DNA of 64,000 bases, from IMG/VR virus record IMGVR_UViG_3300024259_002152, positions 1-64,000 of that record. The stretch is one strand, 5' to 3'. The number at the start of each line of letters is the position of its first letter. The first letter of the stretch is position 1. Shown here one piece after another: positions 18,116-28,200 of the stretch. Both the position numbers and the translations under genes were made by a program. Below the pieces are notes generated by a model. That model saw only the letters and a program-made list of their open reading frames with translations, did no database searches and was not told the origin of the DNA.

Positions 18116-19132
18116 ATGAAGATTTTATTTATATGTAAAAAAAGAATTATTGGATATGGAGTATCTACGGGGTTGTACAATTCTGCTACTTTTGTATCTA
18201 ACGCGTTAAATTATGTGGGGGTGGAATCTAAGGTTGTTTCTGCTGTAGATAATAATAGTATTGATAAAGAGGTTCATGACTATGATCCAGATTTGGTTGT
18301 AATAGAAGCTTTTTGGGTGGTTCCGTCAAAATTTGAAATATTGTGTAGTTTATATCCTGATGTTCAGTGGGTTGTTAGATCTCATAGTAAAATTCCATTT
18401 TTTGCTAATGAGGGCATAGCTATGAAATGGACATGGGGTTATAAAGAAATAGCTAATAAATATAGTAATTTTCATATATCTTTTAATGATAGAGAAACAT
18501 CTCGTTGTCTTTGCAGAATTTTTAAAGAAAAGATTATTTATTTGCCTAATATTTATTATCCTTGTGAGTATGATTTAAAGGCGTCTCCAGGGAAGAATTA
18601 CGATCATATTCATATTGGTTGTTTTGGAGCAATTCGTCCGTTAAAGAATAATTTAATTCAGGCTATAGCTGCCATTCAATTTGTTAATAACATTAAGAAG
18701 AAATTATTTTTCCATATTAATGGGACTAGATTAGAGCAAGATGGTGGAAGTGTTCTAAAGAATTTAGAACATCTTTTTAGTGATGTAGATCATGAGTTAG
18801 TGGAGCATACTTGGATGCATCATGAGGGGTTTATTGATGTTGTTAGAACTATGGATATAGGTATGCAGGTAAGTCTTAGTGAATCATTTAATATTGTTTC
18901 GGCTGATTTTATTGCTAATTGGGTGCCGATGGTGGTTTCTCCTGACATTAGTTGGGTATCTGTATTTAGTCAAGCTGATCCTAATAGGGTTAAAAGTATA
19001 GTTAAGGCATTACATAGAGTTAGGTTATTAAGGTATTTTGGGCTTAATGGGTTGAATCGTTATTATTTAGAGAAGCACAATAGAAAATCAGTTAGAAAAT
19101 GGATGAGATTTCTTATTGGTTTTGAAAAATAA
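18116..19132 (+). CDS. GT-B glycosyltransferase (GT4-like)
   Basis: MKILFI start; IGCFGAIRPLKN; MDIGMQVSLSESFNIVSADF (Ex7-type region). Confidence 0.7.
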   Translation: MKILFICKKRIIGYGVSTGLYNSATFVSNALNYVGVESKVVSAVDNNSIDKEVHDYDPDLVVIEAFWVVPSKFEILCSLYPDVQWVVRSHSKIPFFANEGIAMKWTWGYKEIANKYSNFHISFNDRETSRCLCRIFKEKIIYLPNIYYPCEYDLKASPGKNYDHIHIGCFGAIRPLKNNLIQAIAAIQFVNNIKKKLFFHINGTRLEQDGGSVLKNLEHLFSDVDHELVEHTWMHHEGFIDVVRTMDIGMQVSLSESFNIVSADFIANWVPMVVSPDISWVSVFSQADPNRVKSIVKALHRVRLLRYFGLNGLNRYYLEKHNRKSVRKWMRFLIGFEK

Positions 19133-19206
19133 AAAGGATTTTAGATAGTATTTGAGAAATATAAGACTTACAGTTAAAGTTTTATTATTTTTTATAAGGG
19201 GGAGAT

Positions 19207-19494
19207 ATGGCTACACTCACAAAAAAAGAAAGATCTCAGATGGAGACTAGTATATTATCTACTATGGAGGGTGGTATACGATCTGAAGTGAAAAAGAGTT
19301 CGAAGAAGGTTTATTGCATTTCTATTATTTTGGCAGCGATTGTATCTATTGCTGTTGCTAGTTTTTCTAATTGGGGGCCTGTCGTTAAAGATGGAGCTGT
19401 TACAATTAAAGATAAAATAGCAGATATAGTAACTTCAGATGAAGTAGTAGATATAGATACAGAAGTAGTTGAAGAGGCAATACTTAAGGAATAA
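19207..19494 (+). CDS. Small membrane protein
   Basis: Hydrophobic VYCISIILAAIVSIAVASF; GGGGAG RBS. Confidence 0.55.
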   Translation: MATLTKKERSQMETSILSTMEGGIRSEVKKSSKKVYCISIILAAIVSIAVASFSNWGPVVKDGAVTIKDKIADIVTSDEVVDIDTEVVEEAILKE

Positions 19495-19520
19495 AAACTA
19501 TTATATCAGTTGGTTAGTAT

Positions 19521-19554
19521 AAAGCCCTGCTTATTAAATTAGTAGGGTTTTTTT
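19521..19554 (+). terminator. Intrinsic terminator
   Basis: aaagccctgct/agtagggtttt stem followed by a T run. Confidence 0.65.
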
Positions 19555-19620
19555 ATGTTTTCACAGTAAAAACCCGATAAGTATATAGAGGAATAATGTT
19601 TTATTTTAAGGAAATATAAT

Positions 19621-19806
19621 ATGTATGAAATAGAGTTATTTGAATCGAAAGATGGTCCAAGATTTAGGATTATGGAACCAAGGAATGGGCAAACGATTAC
19701 TTCGTCTGAAGCGTATTCTAGTAAGGGATCAAGAACAAGGACTGTTAATAAGTTGGTTAAAAACCACAATTTTAAAATAGCAGATACTGAAGAAACTAAA
19801 AAATAG
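19621..19806 (+). CDS. YegP/DUF1508-like small protein
   Basis: ELFESKDGPRFRIMEPRNGQTITSSEAYSSK matches the DUF1508 pattern. Confidence 0.65.
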   Translation: MYEIELFESKDGPRFRIMEPRNGQTITSSEAYSSKGSRTRTVNKLVKNHNFKIADTEETKK

Positions 19807-19835
19807 TCTTATATTTTGTTGTATAGGAGCATATC

Positions 19836-20114
19836 ATGTCTAGTAAGGATAAGGTTTGGTTTAATTGGCATTGTCCACATTGTCAGCACAGAAATAGAGT
19901 TACTTTTGCATTTCAGTTTGAAATTCCTCAATTTTACACAGCAGAGTGGGATTGTGAGCATTGCGGAGAAAAGAGTAAATTAGAATTAGATCTAAAAGTG
20001 TATGGTTGGTATAAAAAAGAGAAGAAATTTAGGTTGAAGAGGAAAAGGAAAAGTGTTAAGAAGAAAACAGAAGCGACAAAGAAGGATAGGGGATATGTGA
20101 ATCATAAAATTTAG
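19836..20114 (+). CDS. Zinc-ribbon protein
   Basis: CPHC...CEHC followed by a basic tail. Confidence 0.65.
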   Translation: MSSKDKVWFNWHCPHCQHRNRVTFAFQFEIPQFYTAEWDCEHCGEKSKLELDLKVYGWYKKEKKFRLKRKRKSVKKKTEATKKDRGYVNHKI

Positions 20115-20142
20115 TTTTATATTTTAGAAGAGGAGAAAGAAA

Positions 20143-20442
20143 ATGGATTATAAATTACAGAAGATTGGTTCGGCAGTGTGGATATTGTCTTTGGTCTTAT
20201 TGTTTTTGAAGGCAATTGTTTTATGTTATTTGGCATTAGCAGCAGTGCTAGTAATAGATTTGATTTTGGTGAAAAAGAAAGAAAAAACTATTACTCAATG
20301 GTATAGGACAAAATTGCCCAGGTTGGCGGATACGATAATTACCATAGCGGTGGTGGTAGTTTTTATATGGCTTCATAATCCTATCGTGGGGTTATATCTG
20401 TTACAAGGAACTATTCATGGTCATTTGAACGGTGATTTTTAG
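20143..20442 (+). CDS. Small multi-pass membrane protein (holin-like possible)
   Basis: 99 aa with about three hydrophobic segments. Confidence 0.5.
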   Translation: MDYKLQKIGSAVWILSLVLLFLKAIVLCYLALAAVLVIDLILVKKKEKTITQWYRTKLPRLADTIITIAVVVVFIWLHNPIVGLYLLQGTIHGHLNGDF

Positions 20443-20470
20443 ATTTTTTATTGGAAAGTGAAAGTGCCAT

Positions 20471-20505
20471 AAACCACTATTCTTTGTATGAGTAGTGGTT
20501 TTTTT
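20471..20505 (+). terminator. Intrinsic terminator
   Basis: aaaccactattc/gagtagtggttt stem followed by a T run. Confidence 0.7.
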
Positions 20506-20506
20506 A

Positions 20507-20534
20507 TTGAAAAGTGAAAAGAAAGTGATATAAT
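20507..20534 (+). promoter_or_regulatory. Sigma70-like (early) promoter
   Basis: TTGAAA-N16-TATAAT with AGTGAAA in the spacer. Confidence 0.7.
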
Positions 20535-20542
20535 AGTGAGTT

Positions 20543-21133
20543 ATGTCAGAAATAGATGAAATAAGTGAAGATTTGGGTGTAAGTCTTGCTGATAGAGAGA
20601 CTAATGAAAAGACTCCTTATGTTGATATAGAGCTTATAAAAGGAGATATAACACAGTTTGAGGTCGATGCTGTCGTGAATGCGGCTCATGATGATTTGAC
20701 AGGTGGAGGGGGTGTGGATGGTGCAATTCATAAAGCCTCAGGTCAAAAGCTTTTAGGGGAATGTCTTAATTTGTATGGTTGTCTTCAAGGGGAGGCAAGG
20801 ATTACAGGGGCTTACAACATGCCTTCTAAATATATTATTCATACTGTTGGTCCCGTTTGGGCTAATACTGCTTTTTCCGAGGAAAAAAAGACAATATTGG
20901 GAGAATGTTATAAAAGTTGTTTGCTATTAGCAGATCTTCAGGGATTAAAATCAATAGCATTTCCATGTATTTCTACAGGAGCATATTGCTTTCCGAAGGA
21001 TATCGCTGCTGAAGTATCCATTAATTCTATTAAGAATTTTTTCAATAGTCATTGTATGACGTATATAGATTTGGTTCAAATAGTTTGTTTTGATGAACAA
21101 AATTTTGAAGAATATGAAAAATTGTTATCTTAA
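20543..21133 (+). CDS. Macrodomain protein (MacroD/YmdB-like ADP-ribose hydrolase)
   Basis: IKGDIT...DAVVNAA...GGGGVDGAIH...ITGAYNM...IIHTVGP...SIAFPCISTGAY. Confidence 0.92.
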   Translation: MSEIDEISEDLGVSLADRETNEKTPYVDIELIKGDITQFEVDAVVNAAHDDLTGGGGVDGAIHKASGQKLLGECLNLYGCLQGEARITGAYNMPSKYIIHTVGPVWANTAFSEEKKTILGECYKSCLLLADLQGLKSIAFPCISTGAYCFPKDIAAEVSINSIKNFFNSHCMTYIDLVQIVCFDEQNFEEYEKLLS

Positions 21134-21148
21134 ATTAAGGAGATAGTT

Positions 21149-21682
21149 ATGGCATTTTTTGGGTTATTTGGAAATGGGACACAGAAGAGAAATAAGGTTA
21201 AGATTGAACGGGCCAGGGCAGATATACAACTAATGACCAGAGAGAAGAGAGTTGCTAAGCTTAGAGAGATAAAAAAGAATGGTTATTATTCTTCTTCTCA
21301 GGTTGGAGATATTAGAGATATTTATGATTGTAATAGGGATTTGGCATCTGATTTTTTAATCTATTATCTCCTGTTTATGGACGAAGATATTAGAAGCGAA
21401 TCTGAGTCAGATATGGCAGAAGAAAGCACCATATCGGAAGTAGAAGAGATAGCATCGGTTGTAGAAGAGCCTGTAAGTGTTGTTGCGCAGGAAAGTTTTA
21501 CTAGTGAGGATAGCGTATCAGCAACCAATGCTGACAATTCTTTACATAGTATTACATCAGAAGATCATGTAGATAGTAGCTATTCTGATTCTGATTCTGA
21601 TACTAAGAGCTATAGCAGCGAGAGTGATTCAGGTGGTTATGATTCTGGAGGCAGTGATTCTGGTGGTGGGGGTTTTGATTAA
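21149..21682 (+). CDS. Hypothetical protein with acidic Ser/Gly-rich disordered C-terminus
   Basis: Ends SDSGGYDSGGSDSGGGGFD. Confidence 0.6.
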   Translation: MAFFGLFGNGTQKRNKVKIERARADIQLMTREKRVAKLREIKKNGYYSSSQVGDIRDIYDCNRDLASDFLIYYLLFMDEDIRSESESDMAEESTISEVEEIASVVEEPVSVVAQESFTSEDSVSATNADNSLHSITSEDHVDSSYSDSDSDTKSYSSESDSGGYDSGGSDSGGGGFD

Positions 21683-21747
21683 GAAAAGGATATAAGATGA
21701 AAAAGATAAATCTATAGATAATAGGTTTATTATTATGGATTTATGGC

Positions 21748-22257
21748 ATGGCAGAAACAGTAGAATTTGGTAAAGCTTTTAGTCGTCCTCAGCCTAAGGG
21801 TTTGATTCTTTACACTCCTAAAAGTGGTCAGTCAATTACTGTCCGTTTTGTGGGGAAACAACAAGTAATCTATTTTCGTTGGAACAATGAAACTAGAACT
21901 GCTTTTTATTTTGAGAACAAAATAGAAGGATCAATTCGAAGAATCGCTTCTTTTGTTATGGATAGAGATGATGAGCAAATAAAAGTATATCTTTGTCCTA
22001 CTTCGATATTTGAGCAAATGGGCAAATATGGCAAGACTCATGATTTTCATATCACCAGATTTGGTCAGGGAATACAAACTCAATATAAAGTCGAAAGTTT
22101 AGGGGAATCTTTTATTAGTGAGGTGATGGAAGATAGGGTAGAGGTTACTTCAAAAACTTATCCTTTCGCAGATATTTTGATAAAAAAAGTTCAATGGGAG
22201 CTTCTAGATGTAGAATCAGAGCCTATTACTGATAGATTTGATATTTTAGATTTATAA
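21748..22257 (+). CDS. gp32-like ssDNA-binding OB-fold-like protein with RFDILDL tail
   Basis: ITVRFVG...FVMDRDDEQIKVYLCPTSIF...DFHITRFGQGIQTQYKV resembles phage SSB cores (by-eye recognition); ends TDRFDILDL. Confidence 0.5.
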   Translation: MAETVEFGKAFSRPQPKGLILYTPKSGQSITVRFVGKQQVIYFRWNNETRTAFYFENKIEGSIRRIASFVMDRDDEQIKVYLCPTSIFEQMGKYGKTHDFHITRFGQGIQTQYKVESLGESFISEVMEDRVEVTSKTYPFADILIKKVQWELLDVESEPITDRFDILDL

Positions 22258-22322
22258 AGGGTTTTCTCAATTTCTTCATAATTGTTAAGTATATAGTTAT
22301 TTAATAATGCAGGAGAAATATT

Positions 22323-22739
22323 TTGGCCAAAGAGAAAAAAGAATCTACTACTATTGATAAAGTTAAATTTGTTTTTTATATTGTAGTAGCAGTTGTTACA
22401 ATTCTTGGTGCAATCTTCGCTGTTGATAAATATTTTGCTAAATCTGAGATGGTTAATACCTTATCAGACGAGTTAAAGCAAAGATATGATGCTTTAGTTA
22501 AGAAAGATGTATTGATAAACGAGAGAGTAGATATATCTATTATCGATGATCAAATATTTCAACAAGAACAAACAATTCAAAAGATTGAGGATTGGCAAAG
22601 ATTCGAACAAAGGGCTGTTGAGCCAGAGTTAACTCCGATCGAAAGGGAAACTCTTGATAAGGCTAAAACAAGGTTAGAGACATTAAGAACAAGAAAAGAA
22701 GATAAGATTAGACAATATGAGAAGGAGGATATTCCATGA
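22323..22739 (+). CDS. Membrane-anchored coiled-coil protein
   Basis: N-terminal TM VFYIVVAVVTILGAIFAV followed by a helical region. Confidence 0.55.
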   Translation: MAKEKKESTTIDKVKFVFYIVVAVVTILGAIFAVDKYFAKSEMVNTLSDELKQRYDALVKKDVLINERVDISIIDDQIFQQEQTIQKIEDWQRFEQRAVEPELTPIERETLDKAKTRLETLRTRKEDKIRQYEKEDIP

Positions 22740-23194
22740 AAATGATCAAGAGCAAATCATATATGAAAAAAGAGGCAATTTGGTCTATAGGAGATCCTGG
22801 GCTACCAGGGCAACTTACAGAAAGAGATATACCTAGTGGTCTTGAAGAAGATGTAGTAGATACTCAGACAGGAGAATCTGAGATAGAAGTGGATTGGCAA
22901 CAATTTAGGAACTGGTTTGCTACGGGAGGAGAGCAATTACCAGGGGTATTAGCAAATAGGCCGCAACCAAGTGGAGTTGTTCTAACTTATACATATTCTT
23001 ATGACTACAATGAGAATCGTGCTGACAATATTAAAGCAGAGCAATTGATAGATGTGAGAACCAAGGGAGTACTTAGAAATCCTTATCTGCTTAGTGCTTT
23101 TATTTCTTATTATGATGATCAAATTAGATCTGATATCGAATTATCGGAACAAGATGTTAAGACAGAGAGAGTTACAAACTCAGATCCTTTCTAA
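22736..23194 (+). CDS. Hypothetical acidic protein with a basic N-terminal leader
   Basis: MKMIKSKSYMKKEA start; ATGA overlap with the upstream gene. Confidence 0.6.
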   Translation: MKMIKSKSYMKKEAIWSIGDPGLPGQLTERDIPSGLEEDVVDTQTGESEIEVDWQQFRNWFATGGEQLPGVLANRPQPSGVVLTYTYSYDYNENRADNIKAEQLIDVRTKGVLRNPYLLSAFISYYDDQIRSDIELSEQDVKTERVTNSDPF

Positions 23195-23205
23195 GAATAA
23201 AAAGT

Positions 23206-23241
23206 AGCCACTCTATCTTTTCTAAATAGGGTGGTTTTTTT
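23206..23241 (+). terminator. Intrinsic terminator
   Basis: agccactctat/atagggtggtt stem followed by a T run. Confidence 0.65.
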
Positions 23242-23334
23242 ATGTCCTGAATTTTCATTTGTCATATCTTATTGATTTTAAATGTCAAAAATTGACGATA
23301 TTAGTACGTTATTATTTTTTTAGGAGAAAATATT

Positions 23335-23679
23335 ATGAACGGTTTGACACAAGAAGAAAAAAGTATAGCTCTTCAGTATGCTATCAATGGGGCTGATTTT
23401 ATGTTTGAACCAAGTGTAGAATTGTGCAATAAGATTGCTAAGGGGGATTTGAAAGCTCAAGGAATTAACAGGGTTATGACTAGTATTATTTTGCAGAGAA
23501 AACCTATTAGATTAGATTCTAATATGGTTATTAAATATTGTCAAGGGACATTGGATACGAAAAATACTTGGTTATTTAATAATGGGAATATTAGAGTAGT
23601 TTCACCGAGGATGAAAGAGCCAGTTAAACTGAAACCAAAAGAAGATGGTACAAAAAAAGAGGAGAATAGCGATGAATAA
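23335..23679 (+). CDS. Hypothetical protein
   Basis: 114 aa with AGGAGA RBS. Confidence 0.6.
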   Translation: MNGLTQEEKSIALQYAINGADFMFEPSVELCNKIAKGDLKAQGINRVMTSIILQRKPIRLDSNMVIKYCQGTLDTKNTWLFNNGNIRVVSPRMKEPVKLKPKEDGTKKEENSDE

Positions 23680-23956
23680 TGAAAATAATAAGGAAGCTAT
23701 GCAAAACACATCTAAAAAAACGACTAAGAAAACCGTTAAGAGCAAAAATATCGAAATCACTAAATTTGACGATTTGGAGGGGAAATTTCTTCATGTTAAA
23801 GTAGGTAGTTCTGAATTCCCTGCTAGTGAAGAACATATAAATAATATTCAGAATCAGATAGTGGATTTGTTGGAGAAAAACAATGTTAATTGTTTAGTGT
23901 TTGTGACTCATCATGCAGTCTCTATGGACATCATCGAAAGGCAGATTAATAATTAA
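23645..23956 (+). CDS. Hypothetical protein
   Basis: 103-aa ORF; true start is probably the second Met. Confidence 0.55.
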   Translation: MVQKKRRIAMNNENNKEAMQNTSKKTTKKTVKSKNIEITKFDDLEGKFLHVKVGSSEFPASEEHINNIQNQIVDLLEKNNVNCLVFVTHHAVSMDIIERQINN

Positions 23957-24396
23957 TGGAGAGCATAATGTTAAAAAAGCCTGTTTTTAAGAATTTTACT
24001 GAGTACTGGTATTACGCTCGGTATCTGTCAAGGGAGCAGAGAAAAATCATTTTCAAGAGTCTCCCTGCTGAGCAAAAGAAATTTTTAGACAATTCATATT
24101 TAAAGGAGGGATGGAGTGATTTATTCTATCGTAATGAGATTAATGAGAAGATTGATGAATTAAAAGAATTGTGTGGTTATGATATTTTAGAAATAAGATT
24201 AAAAGCGATACAGGGCAAGAGCGTCTATGTTTCTACTAAATTTTGGCAAATAGTCCAGGAGCAATTCGATAAAATCGTGCCAGAAGCAGTTCATTTTATA
24301 ATGGGAGGATTAAAATCAATCCCTGAGGAGATGAACGATCAAGTTTGTTTGATCGTCTATGATCCGTCAGAATCTCTTAAATCGTCTGATAGTTAA
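23956..24396 (+). CDS. Hypothetical protein
   Basis: 146 aa, coupled to the upstream stop. Confidence 0.6.
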   Translation: MESIMLKKPVFKNFTEYWYYARYLSREQRKIIFKSLPAEQKKFLDNSYLKEGWSDLFYRNEINEKIDELKELCGYDILEIRLKAIQGKSVYVSTKFWQIVQEQFDKIVPEAVHFIMGGLKSIPEEMNDQVCLIVYDPSESLKSSDS

Positions 24397-24433
24397 TTTT
24401 TAACTTTTAAAATTTTTATTTACTAGGAGTCCT

Positions 24434-25171
24434 ATGTCTAGAAAAAAACGTAATGGGAATGGAAATGGGAACGATAACGGAAACGGGAATAGTAATGGAA
24501 ATGTAATAGAAACAGCCGAAAAAGAAGTAAGAACGATAAAAAGAATAACAGTAACAGCTAGAGGTGAAAATCAAAAAGCACTCTTAAAATCCATTAAAGA
24601 AAATTTAATAACAATTGCAGCAGGACCTCCAGGGTCTGGCAAAACGATGCTGTCAGTTGTTAGTGGTCTTAAAGGGTTTATAGCAGAAAAATATGATAGA
24701 ATGATTTTCACAAGACCATGTGTTGAGGCAAATGGGGAGAATCTGGGATTTCTTCCAGGAGATTTGAATGAAAAAATACATCCTTATATGTATCCTATCT
24801 TTGATTTTCTATCTGATTATTTAACAATAAAACAGATAGAAACATATGTTAAAAATCAATGTTTCTTAACTTTGCCCCTTGCTTTTCAACGGGGAATGAC
24901 ATTTCGTGATGCTTTTGTATTATTAGATGAGGCACAAAATACTACTCCTGAACAGGTTAGAATGTTTTTAACAAGAATTGGGGAGAATTGTAAGGTTGTT
25001 ATTACTGGAGATCCATTGCAGACAGATATTAAAAGTAAGAATGGTTTAGTTGATGCCTGTGAGAGATTGAGAGGAATAGATAGTTTGGGTATTATACAAT
25101 TATCTCATGAGGATATCGTAAGGAACCCAATTGTGAGGCAGATAGAAGAAAGATATTCAGAGGAAAAATAA
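24434..25171 (+). CDS. phoH: PhoH-like ATPase
   Basis: GPPGSGKT, TRPCVE, LGFLPGD, RGMTF, LLDEAQN, TGDPLQTD. Confidence 0.95.
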   Translation: MSRKKRNGNGNGNDNGNGNSNGNVIETAEKEVRTIKRITVTARGENQKALLKSIKENLITIAAGPPGSGKTMLSVVSGLKGFIAEKYDRMIFTRPCVEANGENLGFLPGDLNEKIHPYMYPIFDFLSDYLTIKQIETYVKNQCFLTLPLAFQRGMTFRDAFVLLDEAQNTTPEQVRMFLTRIGENCKVVITGDPLQTDIKSKNGLVDACERLRGIDSLGIIQLSHEDIVRNPIVRQIEERYSEEK

Positions 25172-25242
25172 AGGTTTTTAAGGGTGTAAAGTTGAATATT
25201 TATTTATATATTTAATAGGCAAGTTGCGCTCTTGGAGAAAAT

Positions 25243-28200
25243 ATGTTTAATTTAAAAAAATTAATGAGAATAGTTAAAAAGGGAATATCTTTTGGCAATG
25301 CTTTTAATATTAGCAAGCAAGCGGTGTATAGAGGCACGGGAGAAGACATCGGGCTTACGGAGCAAAAAGAGAAAAATATTTATGAAGAGTCAGATCGCTT
25401 AGAAGAAGATATGGGTACACAATGGTTAGCTCAACAGGGTGTATCTGTTGAACCTTCTGATATTCCTGTTCAAATGGCTCCTGTTCCTGAAGATGTTCCT
25501 GATGTAGTAGAAGATCGAATGAATATGTGGCTAAAAGAGAATTTTAAAGATATTAATAATGAGGAAATTTCTGCTGTAACTGCTGATCCTGGTTTGTATA
25601 GAGAATTAGTATCTCATCCTGAATATGTACAAATTTTATCTGATAAAATAAAAGTTAATCATTCTGGATTAACAGATGCTCAGTCAGATTTATTTGTAGA
25701 GACAATGATGGCTAGGACTCAAGATTTGATGGGATCAATAGAAGAACGAGAAAGGGAGATGGAGGAAGAAGATGCATTAAAAAGTCAACAAACTATAGAG
25801 TTGCCAGAAACGGGTCTGGGTCAAAAACTTTATAATAAAATAGTTAATTTAACTCCAGAGGAGAATCAGGTATTTAAAGACCAGATGATGATGGGGTACA
25901 CTTCTCAAATGCTATCTGATGCTGTTAGTAATCATTTTGATGCGCCTCCAGGAAGTAGAATAGATCAAAGAATGAATTTCTTTTTGAGTAATCCTGTTTT
26001 TTTGGAAGATATATTTCAAGCAGATCCTGATTTTGCACAAAGATATCAGCAATATGACTCAAAATTCCAGAAAATAGATTTATTAAAACAAGAAAAAGGA
26101 GATTTTTTGCTTTCTGTGTTAGATAGGTTGATAGATATTTTAGATCCGTCAGTTGTAAATTGGCTTAAGAGGGGGTTTCCTTATCAGGGGAGAGCAAAAG
26201 GGCAAAACGTAAGAGAACAATCTCAAACAGATATTATGCCAGAGACTGATGACGGAAAAACTTCAGAACTTGGTGGTCTTGATCCGATAGAACAGGCTCC
26301 TCTTGCTACAACTGGCGCCGATGAAGGGGAATCAAGTAAATTTATATCAGATGCTACAAAATACTATTTAACAGACAATATTAATGAGATGAGGGTATTG
26401 AATCAAATTTCTTCTACAGCAATGATGGAAGAAGGAAAAAATAAGTATATGTATAGTTCTGAAGGGTCTCTAGATCAAGCTCGCGCTTTAAAGCAATATG
26501 GAGCAGCAGAAAAATTAAATGCATATTTTCTAGCTGTTGCTAGTCAGTTAAAAGATTTATTCGATGTTAGAGGCAATCCTTTAACTAGAGACATAACTCA
26601 ATTGGTATATAGGAATCCAGAGGGGAAAGCGGTAATGGATGTAGATGTCATGAAAAGAATGATGAATATTGGTGAAAGATCTAGAGAAATGGCAGAGCAA
26701 GAGGGGGAGCAAGAGGGATATAAGGAGGTTTCAGATTATACGAATTATATAGATGAATATAAAAATAGAATAAAATCTGGAGATGAAAAAGAGCCGTTTT
26801 CACCCAAATGGAAAGAAATGATCAATTATAATCTTGTTATGAGATCTTTTGCTGAATTGGGGGAAATAAAAAGTAAGATTCTTGATCTGAAAAAAAGAAA
26901 ACATACAGATCCTGCTTCATTTATAGCTCCATTAACGGGAGGGGGAGGATTGGGTTTATTGGAGCATTTTTCTGGTGTTGATGCCAATGATACAGAAGAA
27001 ACAAAGAACAAAAAGATGTCTGATTTTATTTATATGACTTTAAAACAAGATCCAGCCTTAAAAAAAGATCCTAAGGGTTATTCATTAAAAGCTCCTTTAC
27101 AAGCTTATGAAGACACAAAGGTTATAGATGGGTTGCAAAGAGAAATAGAACAAGATAAAGAGAGTTTATCATTTAAATATAATCAGAATAAACAAGATAG
27201 TATCAGGAGTAAAGAGCAGGAAATTAATAGTATGAGAAGAGAGATGGGGAAAAATTTTAAATCTCTTATTGGCACTTCTTATATTCCTATTTTAGGCCCT
27301 TTAGCTGATCAAGTTGATGAGAAAGTTGTGGACCCGAAGACGGGTGTGCTAAAAAATAAGTTTTCACAAGGCGCTTTGTTCGGTTTTGTAGAATTATTTG
27401 ATCATAATCCTACTAAGATGCAAAATTTTATAGGTTTGGGGCAACAGAAAAATAGATATGATGATCCTCTATACAGAACAAATACTGAATTATATTATAA
27501 AATTAGAGGGACAGAACCTCCAGAACATGTCAAGTCAATGATAGGTGCGTATACGGAAGGGAAGGAAACGGGGGCTCTTAGTAAAGATGAGTGGTATAAA
27601 GATGTATTTGACACGTATAGACAGTTTGACGTTTATCAAAGATCTTATGCAAAACAAAAAGAAAGATTAGATAAGGTTCAAGAAGGACTTAGTTCAAGAA
27701 TTTCTAAAGCTAATGATAAAATAGTTAATAAGATTGAGTCAGGAGAGATAGATTTAGAAAATATTCGAGATCGTATTAAAGACCCTGCTAAACAAATGGA
27801 ATTTGAAGAAAAGATGAACAGTTGGGACAAGGCGTCTGCTTTGCCTTCAGATTATTATGCTGATTATTTTGGGCTAGCAAAAACAGAAAAAATGATATTG
27901 CAAGATAAGAAAAAGATTAAAACTCTTCAACAAGGAGTGCCAAAGGAAGAGAAAAAGAGAAAAACAGAAAGAGCTGGAGAAGGAGAAGGGACTAAAGATT
28001 TGCTTGTCAAATTTAAAGAAAATAAAACAAGACTAGAACAAATATTTGAAGATCGTGGTAAAAAAATTGATTTATCTGCTCTTAAAATAGCGGAGTCTAT
28101 GTACCGAATTGTTCAAAATAGATTATTAAAGTTGTCGGAGATCAAGAAATCGAGTTATAAATTTGCATTTATAAATATAGGTTCAGTTGACGATATTATA

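Noticed and set aside
22323-22739. Spanin or lysis cassette call for the TM-coiled-coil genes (also 5502..6008)
   Set aside because: No lipobox partner or endolysin was recognised nearby; left as membrane proteins.
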